A program made the translations under genes and the position numbers. Shown here piece by piece: positions 1 to 9,938 of a stretch of DNA of 51,239 nt. Positions within the stretch are counted from its first letter, which is position 1. The number at the start of each line of letters is the position of its first letter. Where the stretch lies: NCBI GenBank assembly GCA_031381325.1, contig JANMXV010000074.1:1-51239 (forward strand), in the 5' to 3' direction. Source of the stretch: Betaproteobacteria bacterium (GTDB lineage Bacteria > Pseudomonadota > Gammaproteobacteria > Burkholderiales > SG8-41). The notes under the pieces were generated by a model. That model worked only from the letters and a program-made list of their open reading frames with translations, was not told the DNA's origin and did not search any database.

Positions 1-180
1 GCTGCTATTTGGCCCCCGCCAAAAAATTTCGCCCCGCGTCGCGTCCGCCTTGCGAACCAAACGGCCGGTGTTCGTGCGAAGGCCGCACGCTACCTCACGG
101 GGTAGATTGTTGGGCGACGGCACGCTGTAACGACAGGAAGCGCTACCCGACTTTCCGCCCGCAATGCGTGCGCGTTACAC

Positions 181-3120
181 TCACTTCACCTCGAATTCGC
201 CAACCATTACTACTTCGCTCTTGCCTTTTAGCCGCAGCGTGACAGTTTGTTCCTGTTGCTCGCGCGTGCCGAAGCGCGTGGCGAGTTTCAGTTGCAGCGT
301 GGTGGCGCCGGCGACGATCTGCTGGTTGTGGCCGTAGAAATTGGCTTCGACCTTATACTTGCCCGGCTTCGCCTTCTTCAGCGAAAACGTTTCCGGGCCG
401 TAGCCGCCGGTGTAATCCTGCGACATGCGACCGCCCTGATAGGTGATGCGGTTGCCGTAATAGGCTTTTTCGCCGTTGGGATCGGTGACCCACAGATCGA
501 TGTCGGTGTTGTCCGCATCCCACGACAGTGCGACACGCAAATCGAGCGGCAGGTTGCGTATCAAGCGTGGATCGATACGGCTCGCGTCCACAGGGACGGC
601 TGCCGTTGCGATAATGGCGCTCAGTTCATCCAGTGCGGTGAGTTCGATTTCGGGGAAGCGGCCCTGCCAGGGGCGGATCACCACTTCGTTCAGGTTATCA
701 ACGGCCTTTTGCAATTGCTTGTCTGCCGCAAAAGCGAGCCCGAGGTCGCGGTACGACTGCGGCTCGTTGGGCGCGAGTTCGAGCACGCGGGCTAACACGG
801 GTATCGCCAGCTTGGCCTGTCCCGCCTGCATCAGGCGGTAACCGAGTATGCGCAGGATGTGGCGATTCTCCAGCTCCATCTCTGCCAGATTGCTGAGCAC
901 GCGCACACCCAGCGCGGTCAAACCTTTGTCGAAGAAGGCGTCTGCTGCATCGAGGAAAAACGCCGTGCTGTTGAGGTAGCTCGCTCGCTCATCCAGATAA
1001 ACCCGATACAAGTCGGTGTTTGAGGCATCACGAAACCGCGCGAAGTAGGGCGCGTCGGGAGTTGCGCGTTTTAACTGAATGCTGATGGCGGACGATGTGC
1101 CCGCAAATCCATCGGCAGATTTTTTGGCGAGGCTTCCTGCCGCGATCGACGCTGCAGGGGAGGGGCTTGGCGGCGGTGGCGCCATGGCAGGGCGAGCCGG
1201 GGCGGAGCGGTTTTCCGATTGCATTTCGCGGCGGGAATCGCGCTCTGCACGGTCTTGCATCACGGCGCCATCCAGACGCGGCCCGCCGCCGATCTTGGCC
1301 TTGGGTTCGGGTTTCGGCGGTTCATTTTTGGGAAAATCTTTTTCCCACCACGCAATTTTTTCCTTGAACATCTGCAACACGCGATCCAGTTGGCGGGTGC
1401 GCTCATCCGTGGCGCGCAGGTGCTGCGTGCGGCGCAGCCGCTCGTAGTCGGCGCGCAATTCCGCCGGCGGCACAATCTCGTTGCGCACATAGTCTTCAAC
1501 ACGGTCGAGCACAATCAGTGAAGTCTCTCGCGTGGCCAGGTTGAATGCCAGTCCGAGGCGGCGGATCTCCGCCTTGTTCAATCGGTGTTCGGCTTCCAGC
1601 GCTGCCAGCCGCTGTTGCGCCCATGCGGCTGCGGCCAGGGTGTCTGCATTGCGCCCTGCTTCGACGGGGATATCAAGCACGCGTGACGAAGTGCCCGGGC
1701 GGCCTACGGTGAGGCGCAGCCTTGCGCGATCGGCGGTGAGTTGTCCGGCCACCAGCCAGCGGCCATTGTCGGCGTGACGCGAGGCCATGGTAAGCATCGT
1801 TGCGCCATCCGCAGAGAGGTCAAGCACGCGTGCAGTTACGCTCAACATCAGGCGCGCGGCATCGGCCACTTTGACGGCAGTAAGGTCGACCAAGCGGCCA
1901 CCGCTGGCCTCGGCCAATTGTCTAAGGCGCGTGGGATCGGCACTGGATGCTGCGCTCACGGCGTAGAGCGGCACGTTGAGTTTGGCGAACGGGCGCTCGC
2001 CGAAGTTATCCAGCCCGTCGCTGAATAGCAGGTACTCACCCACGCCGGCTTCCGGCGCGAACGTACCAAGCTGAGTCGCGCCGTCGTAGGGTGTGTTTTC
2101 CAGGGCGCGTTTCAGGGTGCTCCAGTCGCCATTGGCAATGCGAAAACGCTCTGTTGGCTCGGCCGCGTCGCGCACGCGCGTCAGCAGGACTTCGCCGTTG
2201 CCCATGCGCTTAAAGTAGGCGTCGAGCAGCGCGAATTCAAGCGCGTGATCACGACTGGCGCCCGAACCGGAGGCATCCCAAACGATGCCTGCCAACGCAG
2301 GCAGTTTGCGCGGAGTCGCAACGTCGCGCGGCGCGGGCACTTCGGCGACGAAATAAGTTTTGTCGCCCACAACCTGGGTGCGCACTTCGGGCCGGGTGGA
2401 GGCCGGCAGTTGCACGTCGAGCATGCCGCGTGCGATGTAATCTTTGCGCGAAATTTCGGCTTCGTAATCGACGCCGCGCGTGTGAAACACCAGGCCCTCG
2501 GGTTTCGAACCCAGCAGCGGCGCTTGTTCAGGCGCGCGCACGGTGACGCGTAACGCAAAGCCCGACAGTTGCCCGGCATAGGCCAGCGGCACGCGATAGC
2601 GGCGCAAAGCGCCGGTAACGGGCAAGGTCTCCGCATAACGTATCAGCACGCGGCGCGTGCCCTGTGCGGGGAGCGGGTAGACGCGCAGTTTGTAATTGTT
2701 GCCGAGCGTGGTTTGCAACAGCGCGGGATCGATGCGCGTGCGAATCACGTCTTCGAACACCTGCTGGCCCTTGGCTTTTTCAACGGGCACGGCTTCACGC
2801 AGCATGCCGTTGATATCGAGCGCGAAACCTACGACTTGCTGACCGTCGAGCAGCGGAAACTGCAACTCGCCTTCCAGTACGCGGCGGTTGGGATTGAAAA
2901 AAGTCATCTCTACCGTGGTGAGCGCGCGGCTGCCGCTGATTTCAGATTCGATGCGCACCGCTTGCAGCACCACCGGGGTCTCCGCGCCCTGTGCCACCGT
3001 CAAGCGCGGCGGCAGAATCACAGGCCGTAAATCCTGCGCGGTGACGCTTTGCGCGTAGCCGAGCGCGCATCCCGCGAGGGCCAGCGCGCGCATGTTCATC
3101 AGAAAGTTTCGTCGATTCAT
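181..3120 (-). CDS. Secreted multidomain protein: VIT domain + vWA domain + Pro/Ala-rich spacer + TPR-like region + DUF2135-like C-terminus
   Basis: 979-aa ORF. Signal peptide MNRRNFLMNMRALALAGCALGYAQSVTAQ. VIT-like block VRIESEISGSRALTTVEMTFFNP...YKLRVYPLPAQGTRRVLIRY. vWA MIDAS-like GIVWDASGSGASRD. C-terminal LSWDADNTDIDLWVTDPNGEKAYY. GGAGA 5 nt upstream of ATG. Confidence 0.75.
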   Translation of the reverse strand: MNRRNFLMNMRALALAGCALGYAQSVTAQDLRPVILPPRLTVAQGAETPVVLQAVRIESEISGSRALTTVEMTFFNPNRRVLEGELQFPLLDGQQVVGFALDINGMLREAVPVEKAKGQQVFEDVIRTRIDPALLQTTLGNNYKLRVYPLPAQGTRRVLIRYAETLPVTGALRRYRVPLAYAGQLSGFALRVTVRAPEQAPLLGSKPEGLVFHTRGVDYEAEISRKDYIARGMLDVQLPASTRPEVRTQVVGDKTYFVAEVPAPRDVATPRKLPALAGIVWDASGSGASRDHALEFALLDAYFKRMGNGEVLLTRVRDAAEPTERFRIANGDWSTLKRALENTPYDGATQLGTFAPEAGVGEYLLFSDGLDNFGERPFAKLNVPLYAVSAASSADPTRLRQLAEASGGRLVDLTAVKVADAARLMLSVTARVLDLSADGATMLTMASRHADNGRWLVAGQLTADRARLRLTVGRPGTSSRVLDIPVEAGRNADTLAAAAWAQQRLAALEAEHRLNKAEIRRLGLAFNLATRETSLIVLDRVEDYVRNEIVPPAELRADYERLRRTQHLRATDERTRQLDRVLQMFKEKIAWWEKDFPKNEPPKPEPKAKIGGGPRLDGAVMQDRAERDSRREMQSENRSAPARPAMAPPPPSPSPAASIAAGSLAKKSADGFAGTSSAISIQLKRATPDAPYFARFRDASNTDLYRVYLDERASYLNSTAFFLDAADAFFDKGLTALGVRVLSNLAEMELENRHILRILGYRLMQAGQAKLAIPVLARVLELAPNEPQSYRDLGLAFAADKQLQKAVDNLNEVVIRPWQGRFPEIELTALDELSAIIATAAVPVDASRIDPRLIRNLPLDLRVALSWDADNTDIDLWVTDPNGEKAYYGNRITYQGGRMSQDYTGGYGPETFSLKKAKPGKYKVEANFYGHNQQIVAGATTLQLKLATRFGTREQQEQTVTLRLKGKSEVVMVGEFEVK

Positions 3121-3215
3121 TTTTGTCTCCGGAATGTGCTACCGCCGGCGGCGGCTATGCCCAAGGGTAAACGCGGCTTTATGCGAAATGGGGTTAATCG
3201 TCCAATGGACAATTG

Positions 3216-3231
3216 TAACTACTTGTTTTTA
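3216..3231 (+). repeat. Copy A of recurrent 16-mer (TAACTACTTGTTTTTA, 1 mismatch), 99 bp upstream of the NHL lipoprotein gene
   Basis: Direct reading. Followed by AAATATTTTTTTG as in the other copies. Confidence 0.8.
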
Positions 3232-3329
3232 AATATTTTTTTGTGAGGAGGAGCAGGTTGCTTGCAAGCCGCTGCGGCGCAACCCATGATGCACCCGTTG
3301 ATGGTTCAATAGGACGACAGGGAGATACT

Positions 3330-4442
3330 ATGAAGCGAGCCAAAAGTCTGATGGGCGTAGCCGCGTTGGCAGTAGCGACGATCGTCATGGTTATCGGTTG
3401 TGCGCAACAACCCATGCAAAGCGGCGACGGCGTGCTGCCCCATTATCAGGTTGATACCAGTTGGCCCAAGCCGCTTCAGGACAACTGGATTTTCGGGCAG
3501 GTGACGAGTGTGGCGGTAGACAACCGCGATCACGTGTGGCTGCTGCATCGTCCGAATACGCTGCTCCCCGACGAAAAAGGCGCGCAGGCCAACCCACCGA
3601 CCAACCGCTGCTGCGTCGCCGCGCCGGCGGTGATGGAATTTGATCCGGAGGGTAACTTAGTGCGCGGCTGGGGCGGGCCAGCACAGGGTTACGATTGGCC
3701 GAAGCAGGAGCACGGCATCCATGTCGATAGTCAAGGCAATGTGTGGATCTCCGGCAACGATGCCGCGGATCATCACTTGCTGAAGTTCACACGCGAGGGC
3801 AAATTCCTGCTGCAGATTGGCAAGCCCGGCAAATCGGAGGGCAGCAACAGCCGCACGCAACTGGGGCAGCCGGCCGCGATTGAATCCGATGCGGCAGCCG
3901 CTGAAATTTACGTCGGCGACGGTTACGGCAACAAGCGCGTGATCGTGTTTGACGGCGCCACCGGCGCCTACAAACGCCATTGGGGCGCTTACGGTGGCGT
4001 GCCCGACGACGGCAAAATGCCGCCGTACAAACCGGGCGCAACACCGTCCAAACAATTCGGCAACCCGCATTGCGTGCGCCGCGCTCGCGACGGACAGGTT
4101 TACGTGTGCGACCGGCCTAACAACCGCATTCAGGTTTTTCTGGGCAGCGGCAAATTTCTGCGCGAGTTTTTCGTCGAAGCGCAAACGCTGAGCGGTCCGA
4201 TTGCGGACATCGCGATATCGCAGGATGCACGGCAGCGCTATCTGTTTTCAGCCGACGGTGCGAACTCCGAGGTCTACATCCTCGCGCGCGAAGACGGTCG
4301 CAAACTCGGCAGTTTTGGCCGGCCGGGACGCCAAGCCGGCGAGTTTCGCGGCATCCACAACATCGCTATCGATTCAAAAGGCAACCTCTATACGGCGGAA
4401 GTCGGCTTCGGGCGGCGCATACAGAAATTCAAGGCGCAGTAG
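3330..4442 (+). CDS. NHL-repeat beta-propeller lipoprotein (peptidyl-alpha-hydroxyglycine lyase-like fold)
   Basis: ORF 3243..4442 trimmed to the ATG at 3330, preceded by GGAG. Lipoprotein signal MKRAKSLMGVAALAVATIVMVIGC. Repeated NHL-like blocks: HVWLLHR, GNVWISGN, IYVGDGYGNKRVIVFD, VYVCDRPNNRIQVF, GNLYTAEV. Confidence 0.7.
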   Translation: MKRAKSLMGVAALAVATIVMVIGCAQQPMQSGDGVLPHYQVDTSWPKPLQDNWIFGQVTSVAVDNRDHVWLLHRPNTLLPDEKGAQANPPTNRCCVAAPAVMEFDPEGNLVRGWGGPAQGYDWPKQEHGIHVDSQGNVWISGNDAADHHLLKFTREGKFLLQIGKPGKSEGSNSRTQLGQPAAIESDAAAAEIYVGDGYGNKRVIVFDGATGAYKRHWGAYGGVPDDGKMPPYKPGATPSKQFGNPHCVRRARDGQVYVCDRPNNRIQVFLGSGKFLREFFVEAQTLSGPIADIAISQDARQRYLFSADGANSEVYILAREDGRKLGSFGRPGRQAGEFRGIHNIAIDSKGNLYTAEVGFGRRIQKFKAQ

Positions 4443-4449
4443 TGAGTGT

Positions 4450-5220
4450 TTATTGATTATTTTGTATATCCCGCACCAGGTGCTGTTGGCGGCGGCTGAC
4501 CGCGATGCGCTCGTCACAGCCTTTGAGCAGCACTTCCCAATGACCGTCCCCGCCTTCGCCCGCGCCACGCTCAAAGCCTCGAATGGCCGCGCGCGCCACC
4601 AAACAACTGCGATGCACGCGCACGAAGGGCTTAGCGAATTCTTCTTCAAGCCGCGTCAATGATTCATCGAGCAGAAACTCGCGTTCGCGTGTGCGTGCGG
4701 TCACGTATTTGAGCTCAGCGCGCAGATAAAGAATATCCGCCAGCGGAATCAAATGCACTTTGCCGCGTTCGCTGGCCGATAGCGCCGTGCGTGGCGTGCG
4801 TCGCAGTGCTGTCAGCGCCTCGGCCTTCGGCAACGACGCCGGCGCCGCGCGTACCAGGGCCAGCGCTTCCGCCAGGCGCGCCGCGCGTATCGGCTTGAGC
4901 AAGTAATCAATGGCGTGTACCTCGAACGCCTTCAATGCGTAGGCGTCGTAAGCGGTGGTGAAGATCACCGCCGGCGCGTGGTCGAGTTTGCGCAGGTGCT
5001 GCGCGGTCTCGATGCCATCCATGCCCGGCATGCGCACGTCGAGCAGCACCACATCGCAGGGCTTTTGCGACAGCAGCTCAAGCGCCTGCACGCCGCCGGC
5101 AGCCTCGCCCACGATATCGAGCGGTTGCGTGTGCGCGCAATCGGCAAGCAAATCGCGCAGCCGGCTGCGCGCCGGGGCTTCGTCATCGACGATGGCGATA
5201 CGCAAAGGTAAAGAAATCAT
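4450..5220 (-). CDS. LytTR/AlgR-family two-component response regulator
   Basis: 256 aa. Receiver motifs IAIVDDE, VVLLDVRMPGMDG. C-terminal LytTR-like block KVHLIPLADILYLRAELKYV...HRSCLV. Lies downstream of a LytS/AlgZ-type kinase. Confidence 0.85.
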   Translation of the reverse strand: MISLPLRIAIVDDEAPARSRLRDLLADCAHTQPLDIVGEAAGGVQALELLSQKPCDVVLLDVRMPGMDGIETAQHLRKLDHAPAVIFTTAYDAYALKAFEVHAIDYLLKPIRAARLAEALALVRAAPASLPKAEALTALRRTPRTALSASERGKVHLIPLADILYLRAELKYVTARTREREFLLDESLTRLEEEFAKPFVRVHRSCLVARAAIRGFERGAGEGGDGHWEVLLKGCDERIAVSRRQQHLVRDIQNNQ

Positions 5221-5236
5221 CGGGACCCTCGTTACG

Positions 5237-6298
5237 TTACGTTCCCCTGCGATAGGGCAGAATAATGTGTACTTGGTATGCGTCGCCGGTCACCCGCGAG
5301 ATGAGGCTCGCCTCGGCGTCAAAGTGCAGTTGCAGACGCTCGCGGATATTGCCCAGCGCCATCTTGTTGCCGCTGCGATGGTCGCTTTCAGGCGCATAGG
5401 GATTGCGCAACACGGCATGCACTTCGTCGCGGCTGGCGTAGATATTGATACTGACGATGCCGGGCTCGGTGCGCGGCTCGATGCCGTGATACACGGCATT
5501 TTCCAGCAAGGGTTGCAACACCAGCGGCGGGATCATCGCGTCGGCGGGCATGTTGTCGATATGCCATTCGACCTTGAGCCTTTCACCCAGACGCAACTGC
5601 TCCAGGCGCAGATACTGGCGGCACAGTTCGACTTCGCGCGCGAGCGGTGTCAACTCGCGATTGTCGGCCATCAGTACGCGAAACAATTCCGCCATGTCCT
5701 CGAGGGCGGTTTCGGCACGCTTGGGGTCTTGACGAATCAGCGACAGTACTGCGTTGATGCTGTTGAACAAGAAATGCGGACGAATACGCGCTTGCAGGGC
5801 CTGCAAGCGCGCTTCGGACAGCGCCGGCGATAACGCGCGCCCTCTGAGATCGAAGTAACACAGCAGCATCGCCGTTACCAGCCCCACCAGCAGCCAGTAG
5901 CGCTCGATACCCGACAGATCAATCGGCAGGTACCTGTGCGTGCTCTGGTACAGCAAGGTGGTTAGCGCAAGCGTCAGCACAATAACCGCCACCGCTCCGG
6001 CAAAATAGCGCAGACGCGCCAGCACGCCATTCAAAATATAAAGCGCCACCAGTGTGAGTATCAATAAGGGTTCGACCAACGCTGCGGTTTCCATGAGTTG
6101 ATCACCCATCACGCCGAGCGAGGGACTTTTGACGATCACCGCAACCAGCGCCACCACGTTCACGCTCAGCAATAGCCGCAACAAAATACCCAGATTGCGA
6201 AAATTCGGCAACCTGCCGCCGTAGGCATTCTGATTGGTATGAAGATTCGCGGTCTGTTCACCGTCGGGACGCGCGATTTGATTTATACTCCGAGCCAT
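5237..6298 (-). CDS. LytS/AlgZ(FimS)-type sensor histidine kinase
   Basis: 353 aa. Several N-terminal TM helices. His-kinase block [22 protein letters not shown], then [12 protein letters not shown] (ATPase N-box-like). Adjacent to a LytTR regulator and divergent from argH, as in Pseudomonas argH-algZ-algR. Confidence 0.8.
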   Translation of the reverse strand: MARSINQIARPDGEQTANLHTNQNAYGGRLPNFRNLGILLRLLLSVNVVALVAVIVKSPSLGVMGDQLMETAALVEPLLILTLVALYILNGVLARLRYFAGAVAVIVLTLALTTLLYQSTHRYLPIDLSGIERYWLLVGLVTAMLLCYFDLRGRALSPALSEARLQALQARIRPHFLFNSINAVLSLIRQDPKRAETALEDMAELFRVLMADNRELTPLAREVELCRQYLRLEQLRLGERLKVEWHIDNMPADAMIPPLVLQPLLENAVYHGIEPRTEPGIVSINIYASRDEVHAVLRNPYAPESDHRSGNKMALGNIRERLQLHFDAEASLISRVTGDAYQVHIILPYRRGT

Positions 6299-6321
6299 GG
6301 TTGCATCATACTATCAGCATC

Positions 6322-7734
6322 ATGAACGCGCAGAGTAAGGCGCCCGCGCACCCCACGCCCGCAAGCAAACCCTGGTCCGGTCGGTTCAATGAGCCCGTTT
6401 CCGATCTCGTAAAACGCTTCACGGCATCGGTAGGTTTCGATCAACGGCTGGCCGAATTCGACATCAACGGCTCGATTGCCCATGCACGCATGCTGCACGC
6501 CGTGGGTATTATCGGCGCGGATGATCTGGCCGCCATTGAGCGGGGTTTAAGCGAGATACGCGGCGAAATCCGTGCGGGCGCATTCAGCTGGTCGCTCGAT
6601 CTCGAGGACGTGCATCTGAATATCGAGCGGCGGCTCATTGATCTGGTGGGCGACGCCGGCAAGCGGCTGCACACCGCGCGTTCGCGCAATGATCAGGTGG
6701 CGACCGACATCCGGCTTTATCTGCGCGCCGCCATCGATCATATCATTGACCAAATCCGCGCGCTGCAAACCGCGCTGCTCGATCTGGCCGACAAGCATAC
6801 TGACACCGTGATGCCGGGCTTCACGCATCTGCAAGTGGCGCAGCCGGTGTCATTCGGCCATCACCTGCTGGCGTATTACGAAATGCTCGCGCGTGATGCA
6901 GCACGTTACGCCGATTGCCGCAAGCGCGTGAACCGGCTGCCACTGGGCGCGGCCGCGCTCGCCGGCACCTCTTACCCCATCGACCGTCAAATGGTAGCCA
7001 AGGCGCTGGAGTTCGACGGCGTGTGCGAGAACTCGCTGGATGCGGTGTCCGATCGCGATTTCGCAATTGAATTTTGCGCGTGCGCGGCGCTGAGCATGAC
7101 GCACCTGTCGCGCTTTTGCGAAGAACTTATCCTGTGGATGAGCCCGCGTTTCGGTTTCATCGACATCGCCGATCGCTTCTGCACCGGCTCATCGATTATG
7201 CCGCAGAAAAAAAATCCGGACGTGGCGGAGTTGATACGCGGCAAGACCGGGCGCGTCAATGGTCATCTGGTCGCGCTGCTCACCCTGATGAAGGGCCAGC
7301 CACTGGCCTACAACAAAGACAATCAAGAAGACAAGGAGCCGCTGTTCGATACCATCGACACCGTAAGCAACAGCCTCGCGGTATTCACCGAGATGGTTCC
7401 GGGCATTAGCGTCGACAAGGACGCCATGCGCGCGGCGGCGGCGCAGGGCTTCGCCACCGCCACCGACCTGGCCGACTATCTGGTACGCAAGGGCATGCCG
7501 TTTCGCGAGGCGCACGAAGCGGTGGCGCAAGCGGTGCGGTTTTGCGAAACGCGCCGCTGTGATCTCGCCGATTTGAATCTGCAGGAATTGCAGCAGTTTT
7601 CAAAATTGATCGACGACGATGTCTACGCTTCGCTCACGCTGGACGGCGCGCTAAATGCGCGGTCACACATCGGCGGTACTGCCCCGGCGCGCGTGAAGTC
7701 GGCGATTGCAAAGGCGCGTAAGGCGCTTAAGTGA
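6322..7734 (+). CDS. argH: Argininosuccinate lyase
   Basis: [33 protein letters not shown] and [12 protein letters not shown] signature motifs. ORF opens at 6301; ATG at 6322 (MNAQSK...) preferred. Confidence 0.95.
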   Translation: MNAQSKAPAHPTPASKPWSGRFNEPVSDLVKRFTASVGFDQRLAEFDINGSIAHARMLHAVGIIGADDLAAIERGLSEIRGEIRAGAFSWSLDLEDVHLNIERRLIDLVGDAGKRLHTARSRNDQVATDIRLYLRAAIDHIIDQIRALQTALLDLADKHTDTVMPGFTHLQVAQPVSFGHHLLAYYEMLARDAARYADCRKRVNRLPLGAAALAGTSYPIDRQMVAKALEFDGVCENSLDAVSDRDFAIEFCACAALSMTHLSRFCEELILWMSPRFGFIDIADRFCTGSSIMPQKKNPDVAELIRGKTGRVNGHLVALLTLMKGQPLAYNKDNQEDKEPLFDTIDTVSNSLAVFTEMVPGISVDKDAMRAAAAQGFATATDLADYLVRKGMPFREAHEAVAQAVRFCETRRCDLADLNLQELQQFSKLIDDDVYASLTLDGALNARSHIGGTAPARVKSAIAKARKALK

Positions 7735-7744
7735 TCGCGCAGTT

Positions 7745-7991
7745 TCCCTTAGAGGAGAGGAGTTTTTCACCCTTCTCCCCCCGGGAGAAGGGCTGGGGAT
7801 GAGGGAATGCTGATGCGCGCTTTCCCTCACCCCCGACCCCTCTGCTCCGCTTCAAGTGTGCCCTTGTCCCGATGGGGAGAGCGTAGCGAGGGGGGCGAAG
7901 CCGGAGGTATTAGGCGCTGATGCGCCCGCTTCCCTCACCCCTTCCCTCTCCCGAAGGGCGAGGGGAAAATTTTAGGCGCTGATGCGCCCGG
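7745..7991. repeat. Cluster of intergenic palindromic repeats
   Basis: Three copies of GCTGATGCGC-N-CTTCCCTCACCCC and two copies of TTAGGCGCTGATGCGCCCG. Hairpin CCCTTCTCC / GGAGAAGGG near 7771-7795; second hairpin CCCTCTCCCGAAGGGCGAGGGG near 7944-7965. No ORF. Confidence 0.8.
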
Positions 7992-7994
7992 GTA

Positions 7995-9776
7995 CTACCG
8001 AAACTCTTTCGCGCTGAATTTCCGATACTTCTGCAGCAGACGCCGCGGTTGTTTGAAGGCATCGCGACGAAACGGGTCGCCCAGTTCCTGCGTGAGCATC
8101 ATGTTAATCACTGTCGGCTTGTTGGACTTCACCGCACCGCGCAGCGCGTCACCGATTTCGTCCACGTGCTCGACAGTCAAGCCGTGCGCCCCCATCGCTT
8201 CGGCGACATCGGCAAAATTGGGATTTTTGAGGTTGGTGCCGAGGTAGCGCTTTTCGAAGTAATCGACCTGGTTTTTCTTTTCCGCGCCCCATTGTCCGTT
8301 ATTGAATACCACTGCGATGGCGGGGATGTTTTCGCGCACACAGGTCAGCACTTCGTTCAAACTCATGCCCCACGCACCGTCGCCGACATAGGCGATCGCA
8401 GGGCGGTCGGGGCGGCCCACTTTTGCGCCGATGGCGGCGGGGAACGAGTAGCCGCAGTTGCCAAAGCTCATGGCCGCGAGGAACGATGGCGCGGTTTCGA
8501 AAGGCAAATAGCTATTGGCGACCGAGCACACATTGCCGATGTCGGTTGAGACCATGGCGTTTTTCGGCATGGCGCGCGCCAGCGCGGCCAGCGCCTGACG
8601 CGGACCGATGCGGCCTTTTTCATTCGGGGAAGGCCACTTGGCGAGTTCTTCAGTCCATGCGGCTTTTTCGATTTTGATTTCGGCCAGACGCACCTTGTTG
8701 GGCGTGAGCTTGGTCTGCGCTTTCAAGCGCTCCAGCAACGCAATCGCCGCCAGCCGCGCATCGCCGCAAATGCCGATGGAAATGCGCTTGACCAGATTGA
8801 TCATGCGCGGATCGCAATCGACCTGAATGATCTTCGCGTCTTTCGGCCAGTAATCGAGGCCGTGCTGCGGCAGCGTGCCGAACGGCCCCAGCCGCGAGCC
8901 GAGCGCCAGCACCACGTCGGCGCGCGCGATGATTTTCATCGCCGCTTTCGAACCCTGATAGCCGAGCGGGCCGCAGCACAAGGGATGCGACGCCGGGAAC
9001 GAATCGTTGTGCAGATAGGAATTCACCACCGGTGCGGTGAGGTATTCGGCGAGCGCCTGACATTCCTTGATGCCATTGCCCATGATCACGCCGCCGCCCG
9101 ACAGAATCACCGGGAACTTCGCTTTGGCCAGCAGATTCGCTGCGGCGTCGAGCGACTCCGGTCCGCCGGCGGATCGCTCAATGCGCTGCGGCTGCGGAAT
9201 TTCAAATTCGCCATCGCCGTAGAAGTAATCGCGAGGAATGTTGACTTGCACCGGGCCACGCTCGGCCATGGCGTAGTCGAACGCGCGTCCGGTGAGTTCG
9301 GCGATGCGCATCGGCGAATTCACATGCACCTGCCACTTGGTGATCTTGGAGAAAATCGGCATCTGCTCGGTTTCCTGAAAACCACCGAGCCCCATGCTCA
9401 GGCTGCCGGATTCCGGCGTGATCGCAACCACCGGTGAATGCGCCCAGTAAGCGGCGGCAATGCCGGTAACGAAATTGGTGATGCCGGGGCCATTCTGGGC
9501 GATGCACACGCCGTGCCTGCCGGTGACGCGCGAATAGCCATCGGCCATGTGCGCGGCATTCTGTTCATGCGCCACCGATAAAAATCGTATGCCGGCCAGG
9601 GGAAATAAATCATGTGCGTCCATGTACGCCGAACCGACGATGCCGAAGGTATCTTTCACGCCTTGCGCCACCAGCGTTTCGACGAATGCTTCGCTCGGTG
9701 TCATGCGGATTTTGCCGCCAGTGGTAACGTGGGCGACTTGTTTGGCGAGCATTTTGCTATCGGTCATGGTGTTCAT
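7995..9776 (-). CDS. xsc: Thiamine-diphosphate enzyme, most likely sulfoacetaldehyde acetyltransferase (Xsc)
   Basis: 593 aa. RMTPSEAFVETLVAQGV...GIVGSAYMDAHDLFPLAGIRF and GLGGFQETEQMPIF resemble Xsc rather than acetolactate synthase (recalled, not searched). TPP motif GDGAWGMSLNEV. Divergent TauE/SafE gene supports the call. Confidence 0.65.
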   Translation of the reverse strand: MNTMTDSKMLAKQVAHVTTGGKIRMTPSEAFVETLVAQGVKDTFGIVGSAYMDAHDLFPLAGIRFLSVAHEQNAAHMADGYSRVTGRHGVCIAQNGPGITNFVTGIAAAYWAHSPVVAITPESGSLSMGLGGFQETEQMPIFSKITKWQVHVNSPMRIAELTGRAFDYAMAERGPVQVNIPRDYFYGDGEFEIPQPQRIERSAGGPESLDAAANLLAKAKFPVILSGGGVIMGNGIKECQALAEYLTAPVVNSYLHNDSFPASHPLCCGPLGYQGSKAAMKIIARADVVLALGSRLGPFGTLPQHGLDYWPKDAKIIQVDCDPRMINLVKRISIGICGDARLAAIALLERLKAQTKLTPNKVRLAEIKIEKAAWTEELAKWPSPNEKGRIGPRQALAALARAMPKNAMVSTDIGNVCSVANSYLPFETAPSFLAAMSFGNCGYSFPAAIGAKVGRPDRPAIAYVGDGAWGMSLNEVLTCVRENIPAIAVVFNNGQWGAEKKNQVDYFEKRYLGTNLKNPNFADVAEAMGAHGLTVEHVDEIGDALRGAVKSNKPTVINMMLTQELGDPFRRDAFKQPRRLLQKYRKFSAKEFR

Positions 9777-9938
9777 GCTGGAACCCCTCTCGGAAATTGG
9801 CGGAACTTGCGCGCTTGCGCCGCCCGCTATTGGTAAATTCGTTTGCTGGTGCGCGCAACGGTGAGACGCTGCCGATTATACGCGAACAGCACTGGAAAAA
9901 TAAAGTTCAAAGTCAACAACACATATATAAATAGTGTT

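Noticed and set aside
9-242. 77-aa ORF at the left edge, plus many 60-150-aa ORFs nested in other genes.
   Set aside because: No RBS and no motifs. They overlap or sit opposite confidently assigned genes.
7745-7991. CRISPR array.
   Set aside because: The repeats are irregularly spaced, differ in length and are self-complementary (REP-like). There are no uniform spacers and no cas genes.
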